DNA from: Perna viridis
Lineage: Eukaryota
Assembly: GCA_037379345.1 (NCBI GenBank)
Contig: CM074515.1
Coordinates: forward strand, 45,699,743 to 45,763,742
Length of the DNA stretch: 64,000 nucleotides
Direction of reading: 5' to 3'
Made by a program: the position numbers and the translations under genes. Shown in pieces: positions 14,101-27,350 of this stretch. Numbering within the stretch: position 1 is the stretch's first letter; every line of letters begins with the position of its first letter. A model generated the notes under the pieces. It saw only the letters and a list, made by a program, of their open reading frames with translations. It made no database searches and was not told the origin of the DNA.

Positions 14101-15169
14101 TAGTGATTTTTTTATCTTTGTCACCTATAAATTCCTTTCAATAAATAATTAAATATATAGTTTCATTTATTCTAATTCTGTTATCCGATCACTGTTAAGA
14201 TTTTTTTACAATACCAGGTAATGTTATTTAATGAATGATTTTTAATTAACATTTAGTGAATAGTACTGAGAAATACACTGTTCACTCCAATGCTAATTTG
14301 ATTAGGAAGCAAGCTAAGTACTATTTCCAATGCTGACTAGCAATCCACGCAAGGTACAGACGAGGATGCCTTAATCTTAGTATTAGATATAACCAAAAGA
14401 AAACCAATAATTTGCTGCTACTACATATGATTATTTAAGAGTTTATTAAACTGTCATGTAAACCATCCTCGTCACTTGATCTGCAATCAGCCATTGGCTT
14501 ACTGATACTTGGAAAACTTTGTTACTCAGAAAAAGACTTGAATTTGTTTGGCTTGTAATTAATTGGTGTAGACCTTTTAGTGTACCATTTACAATTGATA
14601 GGAAGCATTAACTGTAAATGGGAAAAGAAAATTAGTATTTCAGTTTCATTAAAAAGGATTTTAGAACTTTAGTAAAAATGTTATTAGACAAATGATTGTG
14701 TTTTTTTTAATAGTTTTGAGATTTCACTCTTAATAACTGGAATGACATTTTGAAATTATTATTATTTTTTTTATTTGATTCGTACCAAGAAGGGAGACAC
14801 AAGTTTCAGTACATATTGTTCTTCTACTTCTTCAGATTCTCATACAAAGTTTGGTATGTGGGTGTACCATTATAACACATTGTACTCCCTATCATTTTTT
14901 ATGACCTTCAACCTCGACCTTTGATGTGAAGATAAAAAAAAAAAAAAAATTGAATTTTTTAGGCTTTTTGTTTGGATCATAACCTTTAGTCCTTTGAATT
15001 AGGCCCTTGATTTTCTTTATGTGGAAATATGATCAAACGGTGTGCCATGTACTGTTGTAATAACCTGTAACCTTGAACTTTTAAGTGAAGGTTGGAAAAT
15101 TGAATTTTGGAAGCTTTTTTTTTTTCACGGCCACAACAAATATTTTGATCATAAATATTATTTATATGA

Positions 15170-15288
15170 TATAATTTTGTTTCTTCTTACATGTTATTTT
15201 TGTTATTTCATGTTTCTATTTTAGTCTTTGTCCTTGAAATATGTTCTTTTTATTACCCCTCAAATCTTGGTTCCCTTGGTTACTCTTC
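15170..15288 (+). mobile_element. Old 3' tail fragment of the Penelope-like family
   Basis: Ends with tcttggttcccttggttactctt, as do the copies ending at 20568, 43811 and 63934. Confidence 0.55.
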
Positions 15289-17889
15289 AGTCAGTAGAGA
15301 TGAAAGAACTAATTTTAGTTTCAATGAAAGTTTAGAATAAAAGTACAGATTTAATACTTAGTTTCTAAACATGGTTATATTTAATGGAAGCATTTATTGC
15401 AGAAAACCCTTTAGCGTGCTGCAATTTCCGATCTCACAAATAATACAACTGCCAGTAATGATGTGAGGGACACCGTCACTTAGACAATAATTAAATAGTT
15501 TCCCATTCATAATCCTGTTATTTTATTATCGTGGCTATAGGGGGCAATACTTTATACTTGTAAGTAATGGCTTGATTAGAGGTAATAATATTCTGATGTT
15601 TTGAGTTTTTCTTTAGCTTGATGAGGTTGTAGGCACTGTACCTTGTTTTGGATGATGTTTGTTTTCATCGTTGAATTGGAAAGGAAATTGTAATCAGAAA
15701 TAATATCTGATGTGAAATTTTTCAGGAACAAGATGAGGAAATTATTTAAAAAGTTAAATTTACTTTGAACAAAATCAAGTTTTGGAAGAAGATAAATATT
15801 TTTCGATGCTTTAAGAATTCAGCAAGGAAACTATTTTTATTCATTATAGGGTATGAATAGAATAAATTTCTTTGTAAAGGATGTATTTTGCTGTTTCTAT
15901 CTGAAAGAGACTGAAAATCAGTTAACTTGTTAGGGTTTAAAAGAATCAAATTAATTGGTGGAAAGAAATAGCATTCAATTTTCTGAATAGAAGAAGGAAA
16001 TTGTTTCTGATTTTTAAATTATTGAAAAGAAACAAATCTAGTAAAAAGAAAAGCAATTGCTTTGAATGATCTCAGAAGGGATTTGATGAAATTGATTGTG
16101 GTACAATTCTTAAATTAAGTAAAGGGCTCTTGTTGATTGAATTATACAACATTATGATTACTATTGGTTAAAACTTAGCTAGATAGTTCATATAACGTTA
16201 AAGGTCATACTGAAAAAAGTATTTATCGACAATACCGAAGTTGCAATGATCCTTAAGAGTCAGAAAAACCAATGTAGCATGCACTAATCTGGCTTGGCTC
16301 AGGAGACTAAGACTGAATTGACCATGTTGTGATGTAGCTTTGTCGAGCAGATAGTAGCTATAGCTGGATGGAATTTTGTTCATTTTGTTACGAAAGTAAA
16401 GCCTCTACCACAGAAATCAGCTGTTTGTTTGGTTTAGGTTTTTAATTGTCATGTTACAAGGCTTGTGCTTTTGTTTTAAAAGCTTCACAAGCACATATTG
16501 AGAAATATTGTTTATGTTGTGTTAATGTGATTGATTCAGTTTCTCTCTATTGAAATTAAAGTAAATTTGAAGTGGTCTATGTTTACAAATCCTTGTGACA
16601 TGGTGCAAAGCTTCACTTATTTTAATTTCCTCGTTCCTGATATTGTCACAATAATTTTCAACCTATTTCGTACCCACTTTTTTTAAGAATCAGGCTGTAT
16701 TTTCACAATATGTACAATGGGGAAAAATAAGGAATATGGACAGAAAAATCATATCTCTTTGGGTAGTAAAAATATGAAATAGTATTTTCTATATTTAAGA
16801 CCCACCGAGTTAACTGTTTAGGGACAGATAACTCTTTCAAAATGTAGGTCTCACTAACCACTTCCGGATCAAATGGCCACCCCTATGTAGTACCAAAAAC
16901 ACACTGAACCTAGACATATGCATTGTAAGTGCATTATTTGTGTGTATTATGATTAAAGGTAGTCAAAATGAAGCTGAGAATGTGTACTTTAAAATCATAT
17001 ATGTAATCAGCTACAAAAGTGTATGAATATTGTTTGCATGTGTGAGTAATTTGCCTCCATGCTGTCAGTTAGCAGAACAGGTATAAATATGGATTTTCAG
17101 TATTATTTATTCAAGTAAATTTTATGAAGAATTTCTACAATCATCGTACCATTAGCATGATTTTGGAAGCCTTATTTTCCAAGCTTCACAACGGTATGCA
17201 ACTTTAAGATGTCATTTGTCCTGGGAATTCACAGTGAGACTTTGAAAATTACTTTTTTAACATGTAAAGTAATGGAAACGTTAGAAGTGGTTAGTGAGAC
17301 CGTACTATATTTTTCCTTTCTTACATTTTGAAACTCAAGAGTTTTAGAGATAAAATATCACATATTTCGTGGTCAGAATATCATTACGGTTGTAATTTCT
17401 CCATTTGATTGATGGATATTTCAGATTTTACAATTATACCTGATTTTTTCCAGGACTTTAATACTTACTTGTAATATTTGAAAAGAAGGAAAAACATCTC
17501 ATTTCCCCTTTAGGTTCCATTTGTCACCCACTTGGAAATACATTCTTTATGTAGTATTAATCTAATATGTTCAGACTTTTTAAACTGAAATTAATGTTTA
17601 TCGTTAGGTGTCATTGTTTCTTTAGGAGCAGAAAAATATATAAGATCTGCTTTATACTTTGACATGTATGTTAAAAGTGATTTATTCCCTATTAATTCAA
17701 GATAATGAGCTATAAATTGTTAAAAGTGGGTGGATTTATAGGTATATCAGACTGAGAGCAAAACAAATGAATTTTATTAACTGATTTTCTACAAAATTTT
17801 AACTTTTTGTGACTAAAGAATTATGTAAGTCATACACAGTGTACTGTTAAATCTTTTGACTGTATAATTTTTTTAAAAATTCAACCTTA

Positions 17890-18230
17890 TTATACCCCCA
17901 CACAACAAGTGGGTGGTATTTTTGTGTCTTTTCTGGCAGAATTTTGTAGCAATTATTTCAGCTTCTAATGAATGGATTAATTTCAAAGTTGGTGTGTGTC
18001 TTTTTAAGATAGGGCATACACTGTAAGCGATTTTTGGTGCTTTCTGATATCAACTTCCATATGGCACTTTATACCATTTATTACTACCCAGTATAAGGAA
18101 TGATAGAGAAAATCTTTCGTCACAAAAATCTTGGCTCCCAATAAATAGATTGATATCAAACTGGGTGTATGGCTTCATGTTAACAAACATTTTAAGTGAT
18201 TTTGCTTGCTGTCCAATATCAACTTCCCGT
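17890..18230 (+). mobile_element. Helentron/HINE (DINE-1-like) non-autonomous element
   Basis: Starts ttataccccc, has internal subrepeats ending in atatcaacttcc. Related copies at ~5615-5775, ~57158-57500 and ~63024-63340. The family assignment is from recalled architecture. Confidence 0.55.
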
Positions 18231-18848
18231 ACAAGTGGAGGTATACCTAGTACAACAATGTGTACAACTTCCTGTACAAGTGGAGGTATACCTAGTACAA
18301 CAATGTGTACAACTTCCTGTACAAGTGAAGGTATACCTAGTACAACAATGTGTACAACTTCCTGTACAAGTGGGGGTATACTTAGTACAACAAAGTGTAC
18401 AACTTCCTGTACAAGTGAAGGTATACCTAGTACAACAAAGTGTACAACTTCCTGTACAAGTGGGGGTATACCTAGTACAACAAAGTGTACAACTTCCTGT
18501 ACAAGTGAAGGTATACCTAGTACAACAATTTGTACAACTTCCTGTACAGGTGAAGGTATACCTAGTACAACAATCTGTACAACTTCCTGTACAGGTGGGG
18601 GTATACTTAGTACAACAATGTGCACAACTTCCTGTACAGGTGGGGGTATACCTAATACAACAATGTGTACAACTTCCTGTACAGGTGGAGGTATATCTAG
18701 TACAATAATGTGTGCAACTTCCTGTACAAGTGGAGGTATACGTAGTACAATAAAGTTTACAATTTCCTGTACATGTGGAGGTATATCTAGTATAATAATG
18801 TGTGCAACTTCCTGTACAAGTGGAGGTATACCTAGTACAATAATGTGT
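18219..18848. repeat. 45-bp minisatellite (aacttcctgtacaagtggaggtatacctagtacaacaatgtgtac), ~14 units
   Basis: 15-aa periodicity in four overlapping ORFs. Non-coding intronic repeat. Confidence 0.95.
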
Positions 18849-19322
18849 TAGATGAAATAGTGTTGTATTATCTGACTTGACCATATTAGACTTCAATGAA
18901 AGTCTTGGAAACCCCCTAATTACAGTTGGTCACAGGAAACTTTTGCAAGGCCTAAACCAACCATGATGTTAGTATTAGGTCTTTTATATTGTAAGACTAG
19001 TGCTGTGACCATTTAGGTTGCAATAAATGCCCGCCGCTTAGAGCTAACATTTTGTAGGATAATCTTTTAAAAGTCAAATGGATGATTTTGGCTTTGGGGA
19101 ATTAAAGGGAAGCAAAAGTGTTAGTTTTACCTAAAGCAATTAGTTCCTGGTTTGGTGACGAATCGTTATTGCAGTTAAAATGTTAAACACCACATGAAAT
19201 CCCCAGAGCTCAAGGCATGCAAGATTTGGTGCTAGGCTCTTGTCACTTCTTTTGTATGTCACATCAACAAAGTACACCTATATACATGTCAGTACTGATC
19301 AGAATATTGTTTGTATTTTTAG

Positions 19323-19422
19323 TGAAACCTCAGTAGAAACTTCTGAGAGTACAGAGAAGAAGCCATCAGCCTATGCAGTGGAAGAGAATATACAGAGAGA
19401 AGATGCTAAATCTACATATCTG
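19323..19422 (+). CDS. LRRCC1: LRRCC1-like coding exon (first visible): (x)ETSVETSESTEKKPSAYAVEENIQREDAKSTYL
   Basis: tttttAG acceptor (19321-22) and CTG|GTAAG donor. Ends in phase 0 and joins the next exon as ...STYL|NLMKELEDERERRW, resembling the LRRCC1 segment before its coiled coil. This region is poorly conserved. Confidence 0.7.
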
Positions 19423-20124
19423 GTAAGACAGTAGGATTAGACTGTATAGAATTGTGAAATAGTTATGTGTTAGATTACAAACTACAATAGAATCTGTCCA
19501 CATAATTCTTGAATAGTTAGATGTTAAATCAACAGGATTTACTGTTTTTTGGGGGGGTTTTGTATGCTGATCTTTACTTAAAAAATTGTCACATATGCTA
19601 ATTATATATTGACAGTTTTCATTTAATCGTCCAATTTTACCCATTTGTAGAAACTAGGTTGATCAATATTTCATGATTAACACATATTTGAAGTGATGTG
19701 GACATTTTTTTGCCCCATTGGTAATGCCGGAAGTTGCTAGCAGATATCAGCCCTGGTCTGATATTAGTATATGGTTATTTGCCAGTGGTCAAGGGATGCA
19801 TCATTGATATCAGCAGGTTGTCAATGGTATTGTCATCTGTCAAGAAAGTAAAGTTTTGATTGTAAATTAAATAATCTGTTTATAATTGAAGAAATTACAA
19901 TTAACAGGGGCATGAAATAGTTGTCTTTAGTTTTTTGTTAAAAAACATTCAAATATGTGTTAAAAAGATAACTTTGCATCGTTCTATATCGTCCCTTGTA
20001 TCAACCCTTGACCCATATCAGCCTTCGAGCAGAGCTTTCAGGCTTAATATATAAGTCTCATGTTGGTACACTGGCTGATATGGTTATGCAGTATTACAAT
20101 ATGTTCTAATTCATATGTTTCTTT

Positions 20125-20568
20125 TTGTATCGCGCTAGACTTCTTACATTTAGGCTTCTGGAACAGGGTTATGTTGCTACAAGATTGAAGTCATCATTAC
20201 AGAAGTTTTATGGTCGTCATCATGAACTCGTGGATCATTATGGTGTATCCATCTACACCATGAAAACTGATTTATTCAATGGGTCATACTTTTCTTTTCC
20301 TCGTTTGTCTACCCCGGACTTGACTTTTTATGAGCAACTCTGCGGGTGTTTCTAGAAAAGCAGTGGACGCTACCCTACCGGTGCACCTGGTCCATGCTAC
20401 CAGTTTTTAGTGGAGTCCAAGTTGCTCATTTGCTTTTGTTGCTTTGTATGTATGATTTTAGTTACTTTATGTTCTTTGTTGTGTATGTCTGTTTTTCATG
20501 TCTGGTCTTTGTCCCTGAATTGCATTTTTTTTATTACTGCTGTAACCTTGGTTCATTTGATTACTCTT
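20125..20568 (+). mobile_element. 5'-truncated Penelope-like retroelement: RT C-terminus plus 3' UTR
   Basis: Peptide YRARLLTFRLLEQGYVATRLKSSLQKFYGRHHELVDHYGV resembles the C-terminal helix region of invertebrate Penelope-like RTs (from recall). The 3' part is closely similar to 43500-43811 and 63525-63670. Confidence 0.65.
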
Positions 20569-20667
20569 AGACTTTCATTTACTGAAATGATCCTTATGAT
20601 AAGTCCTATCAAAGTTTTCTTGAGTCAAAATTGTTGGACAACTTCTTGTTTAATTTATTGCCCTTGA

Positions 20668-20718
20668 AAGGCAAAATTCAACCATGTGAGCGATTCAGGC
20701 TCCTGGGAGCCTCTTGTT
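20668..20718 (+). mobile_element. 3' terminus of a Helentron/HINE-like element
   Basis: gtgagcgattc, then hairpin aggctcc-tg-ggagcct, then cttgtt: the usual end architecture of bivalve HINEs. Confidence 0.55.
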
Positions 20719-21504
20719 TAGGGTATCCTTCTGGCATAATTTTATTTCTTATAATCGTTTTTTAATATCTTGTTAGTCATTTTGCATCTAAATAGTTGGG
20801 TAGAAAATCTCTGATTGATTTAGTTGTTCTACGGATATTGTCCAATATGATGACAAACTTGTACAGAATCACCTATGATTAGGTTTTGGTGTAAGCGGAT
20901 ATTGTAACCATAAGTTTTTTCTGCTGAATGAATGAATTAAAGCAAGTGTAACCTATTGACCTTCAATTTTTTTTTATCGTACATTTGATGCCAAATATAG
21001 TTTCTTGTAAATACAGTTGAATACAAAGCTTTGTACATTGGAGAATTGATCTCACCAAATTCATAAGTGTAAAATGTATAGTAAATTCTTGCCAAAACTA
21101 TCGACTGATATTTCATTTTAAACTTTTTTAAACATATTGTAGACCTGTTTAGCATTCAAGATTGAAAAATCATTGTCCTAATTCTTTTTGTTTAAATAGG
21201 AAATCATTTAACATTTTGTATTTAAAAAAAAAGGTAGAGTCACTGCATCTTGCCAAGCACATTTGGTATTAGAGACTGAACTGGTTGACTCAAAAGTCAG
21301 AAATTTAGATTCTCTTTCAGTAAGGAGTTACCACAGAGACTGGAGAATTTGAATCAAGAATCGGCATAAGGAGAATGTGTCTCCCATGAAATCTGTACAA
21401 AAATCATAGAAAATGTAAAATGGGGGGAAAATTCACAGAAATTTAATCAGTACCCTGTTGCTAAAAAAAGTCTCTTGCATTTTTAATCACTAGCTTATAA
21501 TGGG

Positions 21505-21600
21505 AGAAAAATTTGTCTGAGTGGAATGACATGCTTTCCTGCAGGCTGTTGCTTCAGTGAGCTAGCCCATTAAAATCTGGCTCAGTGTGTAAGACTAGTA
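21505..21600 (+). mobile_element. Degenerate SINE central-domain fragment (Meta-SINE-like)
   Basis: tgtctgagtggaatgacatg...cagtgagctagcccattaaaat. A related fragment is at ~48277-48348. The family name is from recall only. Confidence 0.4.
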
Positions 21601-22651
21601 TAAACTCCGGTGTTTGATTGATCAAAAGCTGTCAGCCTGAGAAGGATGTTGAACCAAAATCAGCGTTATTAATCAGTCACATCTGTTCAGTTTAATGCTA
21701 CAATGATTTCTGTTAGGTTTGATTAGTACAGATTAAAGTCAGGGGATTGAAACAGCAGTATTTGTGTAGAAAGACCAAGGTACCTTTCTTGACATTTGTA
21801 AATATAGTGCATCAACTCCAACTTAGAATATCACTTCTATAGCATTAAAAATGTGTTCCTAAACTAATATAAGTTGTTTTCATGCCACTAAGGTTTTATT
21901 CAGGAACATTCCTCACTTTCTTCTTATAAAAAAGTTAATTAATGATTAGTGACTAATTACATATTTTGCTTTAATTGTATAATTTCTTTTCAAAATCATG
22001 TACAGAACCAACTTGGAATAAAAATTTTCAAACATGACCTATTCAAAGAAAAAAAAATGGATTTGCACTTAAAGGAGAACTTAATGACAAAGTTGTTTTT
22101 GTCATCATCTCAAGTGGCTATGGCTATTACCATTAAAGTCTTACTGAATTGCCTCAAAAGTAATGCACCAATATTTTATTTTATAAACAGTTTTGCACTT
22201 TAGGATATTTTGACCACAAGAGCTATTGACAAAAATAGGTTTCTCAAAGTACTGAAATTGGTGTCTTTGGAATTATAAAAGTACATTTGCCAAAAAAAAA
22301 AAATAATAAAAAAGCCTACCAAAAAAAAGTATATAATAAAATATCCATAGAGTTTAGAAATTACTTCTACGAGTATTATGTCATGAGGAAAAAGGGAAAT
22401 CATATTTGAATTAATTTTTCTATGATTACAAAAATTGTATATTTGGTTGTCTGTTTGTTTTTTGTTTTGGGTTTTGAGGAATTTTAGTAATCATTCATAT
22501 CTCCATTGTTCTTCCTTTAAAGTATTACTCCAGCTAAGAATCATGCTAAATGTGATTCATTATTGCCTGCATATTTTTGTTTTTGATATTTTGTTCAAAA
22601 TTTTATATTAAACAGAAAATAACATGTGGCTTTTTATGTAACCCCTGTTCA

Positions 22652-23080
22652 TAGGAGATATAAATTATAAGGAATGTACTATCAAATTCAAAATTAAGGG
22701 AGATAAGTCTGCAGATGACACTGAAATACAATAATAACTATTGAATTTTCATTGTAAATTATCTCATAAGAACAGACAGATTTTAACATATGGCTTTTCA
22801 TATAGCTCTTGTTCACAGGAGATAAAAATTATATAGAATGCACCGTAGAATTCAAAATTAAGGGAGATTACTCTGTAAATGACACTTAAATACAATAGAC
22901 ACTATTAGATTTTCAATGTTGAATATCTCCTAAGAGCAGGCAGATTTGAATGAATAATAACACATTTCATCATATAGACCTAAAAACCAACTTAATTACA
23001 AAAACAAAAATATGTAGCTTTTTTGGGGTGTATCACATATAACAGAATTTGCACGATTCTTACAATGACTGCTACTTTTA
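22652..23080 (+). repeat. Interspersed repeat with an internal ~165-bp duplication; second copy at 27722-27965
   Basis: aggagatataaattata...gatgacactgaaatacaat occurs at 22652, 22817 and 27723, with a shared downstream segment (gattcttacaa...gact...ctact). Confidence 0.75.
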
Positions 23081-24615
23081 ACTAATCCATATTTCAGAAA
23101 ATAGTAAAATTAAGAATTATCAGAAGTTCAGATTCTTTCAAACTTTGTACATTATATTATAAAGCATAACAATTTGTTTTTACGAAGTTACACAATAGCT
23201 CCAGAGATTGGTAAACTTGCCGGAATGTAAAGAATGAGGAATCATCCTGTCTGTTAATTTGTCCACATCTTTCTTATTAAAACATTCATTGGCCATGTGA
23301 TTACAGCTCTCAAAAGTTCAAAGTTTTTTTTCAGTTTGATTTTGAGATACATTGCCTATAGGGTAGGTACACGGAAGGAACTTGTCTTAGGATTACTAAA
23401 TCAAGTGGAATATCCAAAAAGATGTGAAGTTTCCCCTCTGGGTTGAAATATTTTCTGATTTTACACTTAATGTTATTTTCTTTTATATTTTCTTTTCGTT
23501 CAGTCCTAAGATCAACAGGAAGTTTAATTAAATTGGTCAGTATAATTTTTCCGTTAACAACCTTATGAAAATGTCGTAAATGAAATTGTTATCAATTTCG
23601 CTGAATTCATTACTGAATCCAATCAGTTTACATCCTGGTGCTTTCTCTAATATAAAAGTTCCCTGCGGTTATTATGAATTTTCTTATAATCCTTGAATAG
23701 CTATATTTACAATAATGGAGCCTTTGTTTAAGTAAAGGGTGTGTGTTTGTGTTATGATGTTTGTTATTTGTTGTTAAAGAATTGAAGAGGTAATTTTGTC
23801 TGATCATATTGTAGTCTTCATAGCCATTGAAATTCAGATATCTCCTTGCAGCTATATATATATATATATATGAATGCAGAATTGTATTCTTCTGAAATTG
23901 GAATACATGAGCTATTACTATGTCCGCATGGGGGTTTATAGACAGGACAACGTGAGTGGAAATTATTGCAACATAGTTTGCAAACTGCATTGGTTTTATT
24001 TCATAATATGATTGCATTGCATTGACTGGGAACATGGCATGTTGGGGTGAGGAAGTATATTGGAATTGCCATGTTTGACAAACTGACTCCTGTTGACCTG
24101 TTAATTGAATTATGTTGAATTTATTTTCTATAGTGTGATTATAAAGGCAACATTAGGAATATACAAATTCAGTATTGTCTGTTATTTAGGGTATAATCTT
24201 AGTAATTTTAGTTTTTAACTTGTAAAAAAGAAGTAAATCTTGATGAATACATACTAGAAAAATGTGGTTGAATCTAGATATTTGTCATAAAAACCAATCC
24301 CTCTGTATGTAATACATAATAGTAACAACACATTCAAATAATATTTGTCCGAGAGCGGCCTCATTATTTACAATTTCATATCATTGGAACCTTTTAACGG
24401 TGTCAATTATAAGACGAGATTCAGAGATGTTTGTTGTCTGATTGGGTGAATTAAAAATGTCCACGAGCGGAATCTACTTGTTTTTTCTCTTAATTGCTAG
24501 CTCATATTTTGTTCATCAGCAGCTTAAATGTTCTGTAGATATGTTCTACCATGTAGATAGGTATGAACAGGTTGAAAGAAATAGTTCCATAGTAAAACCT
24601 GCATGACCTACAAAA

Positions 24616-24779
24616 TACAGTAAAACCTGTGTAAATCAAGCCCAGTGTCGAATTTGTTTGGTTTAGACAGGTGTTCAGTTAACTCCAGTTCAACATGCGT
24701 TTAACATACGGATTAAAAAAATTTGTGATTACAGCGTTTTGTTTTTTTAAAGGTTTTGTTTAAGGCAGGTTTCACTGTA
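24616..24779. mobile_element. Tc1/mariner(pogo)-type MITE
   Basis: TA-flanked TIRs: tacagtaaaacctg ... caggtttcactgta. Confidence 0.7.
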
Positions 24780-25129
24780 ATTTTACTGTTTTTTAATAAT
24801 TGTTTAATCATAATCAAAGAAGGAGGTTTAAATACATCCCATCAGAAACTAGTGCATTGAAAATTGGGTGTAGGGGATTTAACCCTATTGATAACCCTCC
24901 CACTTTAAGAGGAAGACTCCAACAAAATCAATGTAAAATTTATAATCTACCACATTAAAATGAATGATTTGTGGGAGGTTTTCTGTTAAAATAACTATTT
25001 TTTGGTGAAAAATACTAAAAAATTGAATTTTCACATAACAAATTTGCCTCTATGTAAAAATCTCATTCACGAACAACTCTATAAGTTAACAGGTATGAGT
25101 TTTTCATTCTCTTATTGCAATTATCATAA

Positions 25130-25301
25130 TACTGTAAATTTACTAATTTTCGCAATGGACAGAAAACCGTGAAAAAATAGTACATGCGAAATTGATTTTT
25201 AATACATGTACTATGTAACGTTTTTTTTTTAAACCATGAAAATTGATACCTGCGAATATGTCCACTTGACAGAATCCGTGAAAATTAATATGTTTACAGT
25301 A
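25130..25301 (+). mobile_element. TA-flanked MITE (tactgtaaa...tttacagta)
   Basis: Terminal inverted repeats. Shares aaccatgaaaattgatacct...acttgacagaatccg with 59971-60183. Confidence 0.75.
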
Positions 25302-27250
25302 TGTGCTGTATAATAGTTATTTCCATTGGTTTTACTTCCATATTACATTAAATCAGTATCCATCGATGTCACAGACAGAAAAGAAAAAAAAGAGAGAGGA
25401 CAAAAATTACAAGTTTAAGTATAGTCAATATGGTGACTGTAAATGGAAATAAAATTTGAGGCTTGGTTGTTAATTATAAAAGCCTGTCAATTCCATCAAT
25501 TATAACTGATTGGGTTTCTACAGTCAATGTAATAGTCTGGGTTTTGTGTTAAATGACTCGTTACAAGCAAATAAAATGCCAATTTAGAGGATATACCTAA
25601 ATCATCAACTTTACAAAGGAAATTACCTCATAGGCAAATTATTTGTTTGTCTAGACAAATTGCTGAATACAGTGACTCTTGAACAAGGACAAACTCCTCC
25701 AACTTACTGTAATTTTGAAAAGTTATGGTAAAAAAGACTTGTTAATAATGCTTTCAATAGATCTAGAGAGGCAATTGTTGGATGTTGTCTTGTTTGTCGT
25801 TCTACCTGCCTATCTGTCACAAAGTACTCCCTTCATCTCTTTCTTTCAGATTGGATGAAACATTGCCAACTTATTCACTGCAATGCTGGTTTCTTTAAAA
25901 AAATATGGATTTGAATCCAGAGTTTCCTTACTTTTGCTACATGATCCTTGATATACTGTTGTCTTCCTATATATTTACATGTGATACATGTACCATAACT
26001 AAAATGAGGGATAAGTATGGTGTACCAATACAGCTATCCATGCATCTGTCCATATGTTACCTCCAAAATTCTCTCAGGAATGGTAGGAAGCTTCTTTTGA
26101 TTATTTGTTACCTTACATCTATTTTTGATGGTGATAAAAAATGCAAATTTTGGTGCTCAAGAAACCAGTTCTATTGAACCTGAACCTCTCTTAGAATAAT
26201 GGATACCTACTAAAGAATCTTGAAGTTAAGCAAACCTATCAAAGCATTTTTAAAGGTACATGTATATAAAAATTTTCGTAAAAAAGTATAGTTAGATTTG
26301 GTTATTTAAGGAATGACTTGTATTTTTTTCCATCTATAAAGAAATAACTTCAATCACGTGGTGCACACTAAATAATCTGTGCAGCAAGTTATTTTCAAAT
26401 GTGTACCACAGGCATTGATGTTATTTCAAATAGACTGAAAAAATATAACTGTCATTTCTACTTAATTAATTTTTGTATTAAATTTGAACTAGTAAATTAT
26501 TTTAAAAGTTTGTTGACATCACAGCCACATTGCAAAATTTGGTCTATTGGATGATGGACAAAATTTTTTATCCAATCAGAAAGCATGCTACTTCTGAAAT
26601 TAAATTATGAAAAAATGCTTTAAAAATCTTTGGAGTAGAGTTGACAACGTGGTTCCTCACAATGGGAAGATCATATTTCGGTCAAGCTAGCTCATACATC
26701 TACAATAATTGTCTGCACTCAGTGGCCTATGTATACAAGAACAAAACTATACTTATTCTGCTGCACTGGAACACCCAAGTCAACTTTGATAACTCTTCTT
26801 ATTAAATACTTCTACCTTTTACCTTGAGTCAAACCATTATTATACAGATAATGAAGCAATAACCCCAAAGAACTGAAATTATTACATAAAGTCTGCACCC
26901 CAAGGTCAAATGTTACACTTATCACTCTAACATCATGATTATTTTAGTCATACTTATGGCAATTTTAGACTTACTTTTTTATTCAAAAGGTAAAGACCAA
27001 GTTTGTAGTTTGTTACAATAGAAGATCTTAGTCATGGTTTATGTCTATCCATCTGCTTGTCTGGTTCCCATAAATTTACCAGTCTTGCAAACCTTTACAT
27101 TCTGTTTGATTTACTTAATAAGATTTAAAACAAGTTGGTTATCCTTATCATCATGTAGTTTTTTCAGCTTTTATTTTTCTCTCATTTAGTAAACTTTTGT
27201 GATATGGAAATTCAATGTGCACTCTATATATCTTTATTGTACATTTCCAG

Positions 27251-27350
27251 AATTTAATGAAGGAATTAGAGGATGAAAGAGAACGGCGATGGAAAGCTGA
27301 GCAAGCCAGTGTAAAACTTGTGGATCATATCAAGAAATTACAAACTAAAG
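27251..27350 (+). CDS. LRRCC1: LRRCC1-like exon: NLMKELEDERERRWKAEQASVKLVDHIKKLQTK
   Basis: tttccAG acceptor, G|GTAATC donor (phase 1). The ERERRWKAEQA motif is recognised from LRRCC1 orthologues. Confidence 0.9.

Noticed and set aside
15456-15597. Possible box C/D snoRNA (atgatg ... ctga)
   Set aside because: No terminal stem or recognisable rRNA guide. These short motifs are expected by chance.
15726-15850. Purine-rich stretch after tttttcAG as a candidate upstream exon
   Set aside because: The plausible frames hit stop codons and there is no LRRCC1-like sequence.
18050-18896. Four long overlapping ORFs encoding Cys/Thr-rich or Val/Gln-rich repeats (antifreeze- or mucin-like look)
   Set aside because: They result from a 45-bp unit that lacks stops in several frames on both strands. 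The region is intronic and TE-derived, with no credible start or splice context.
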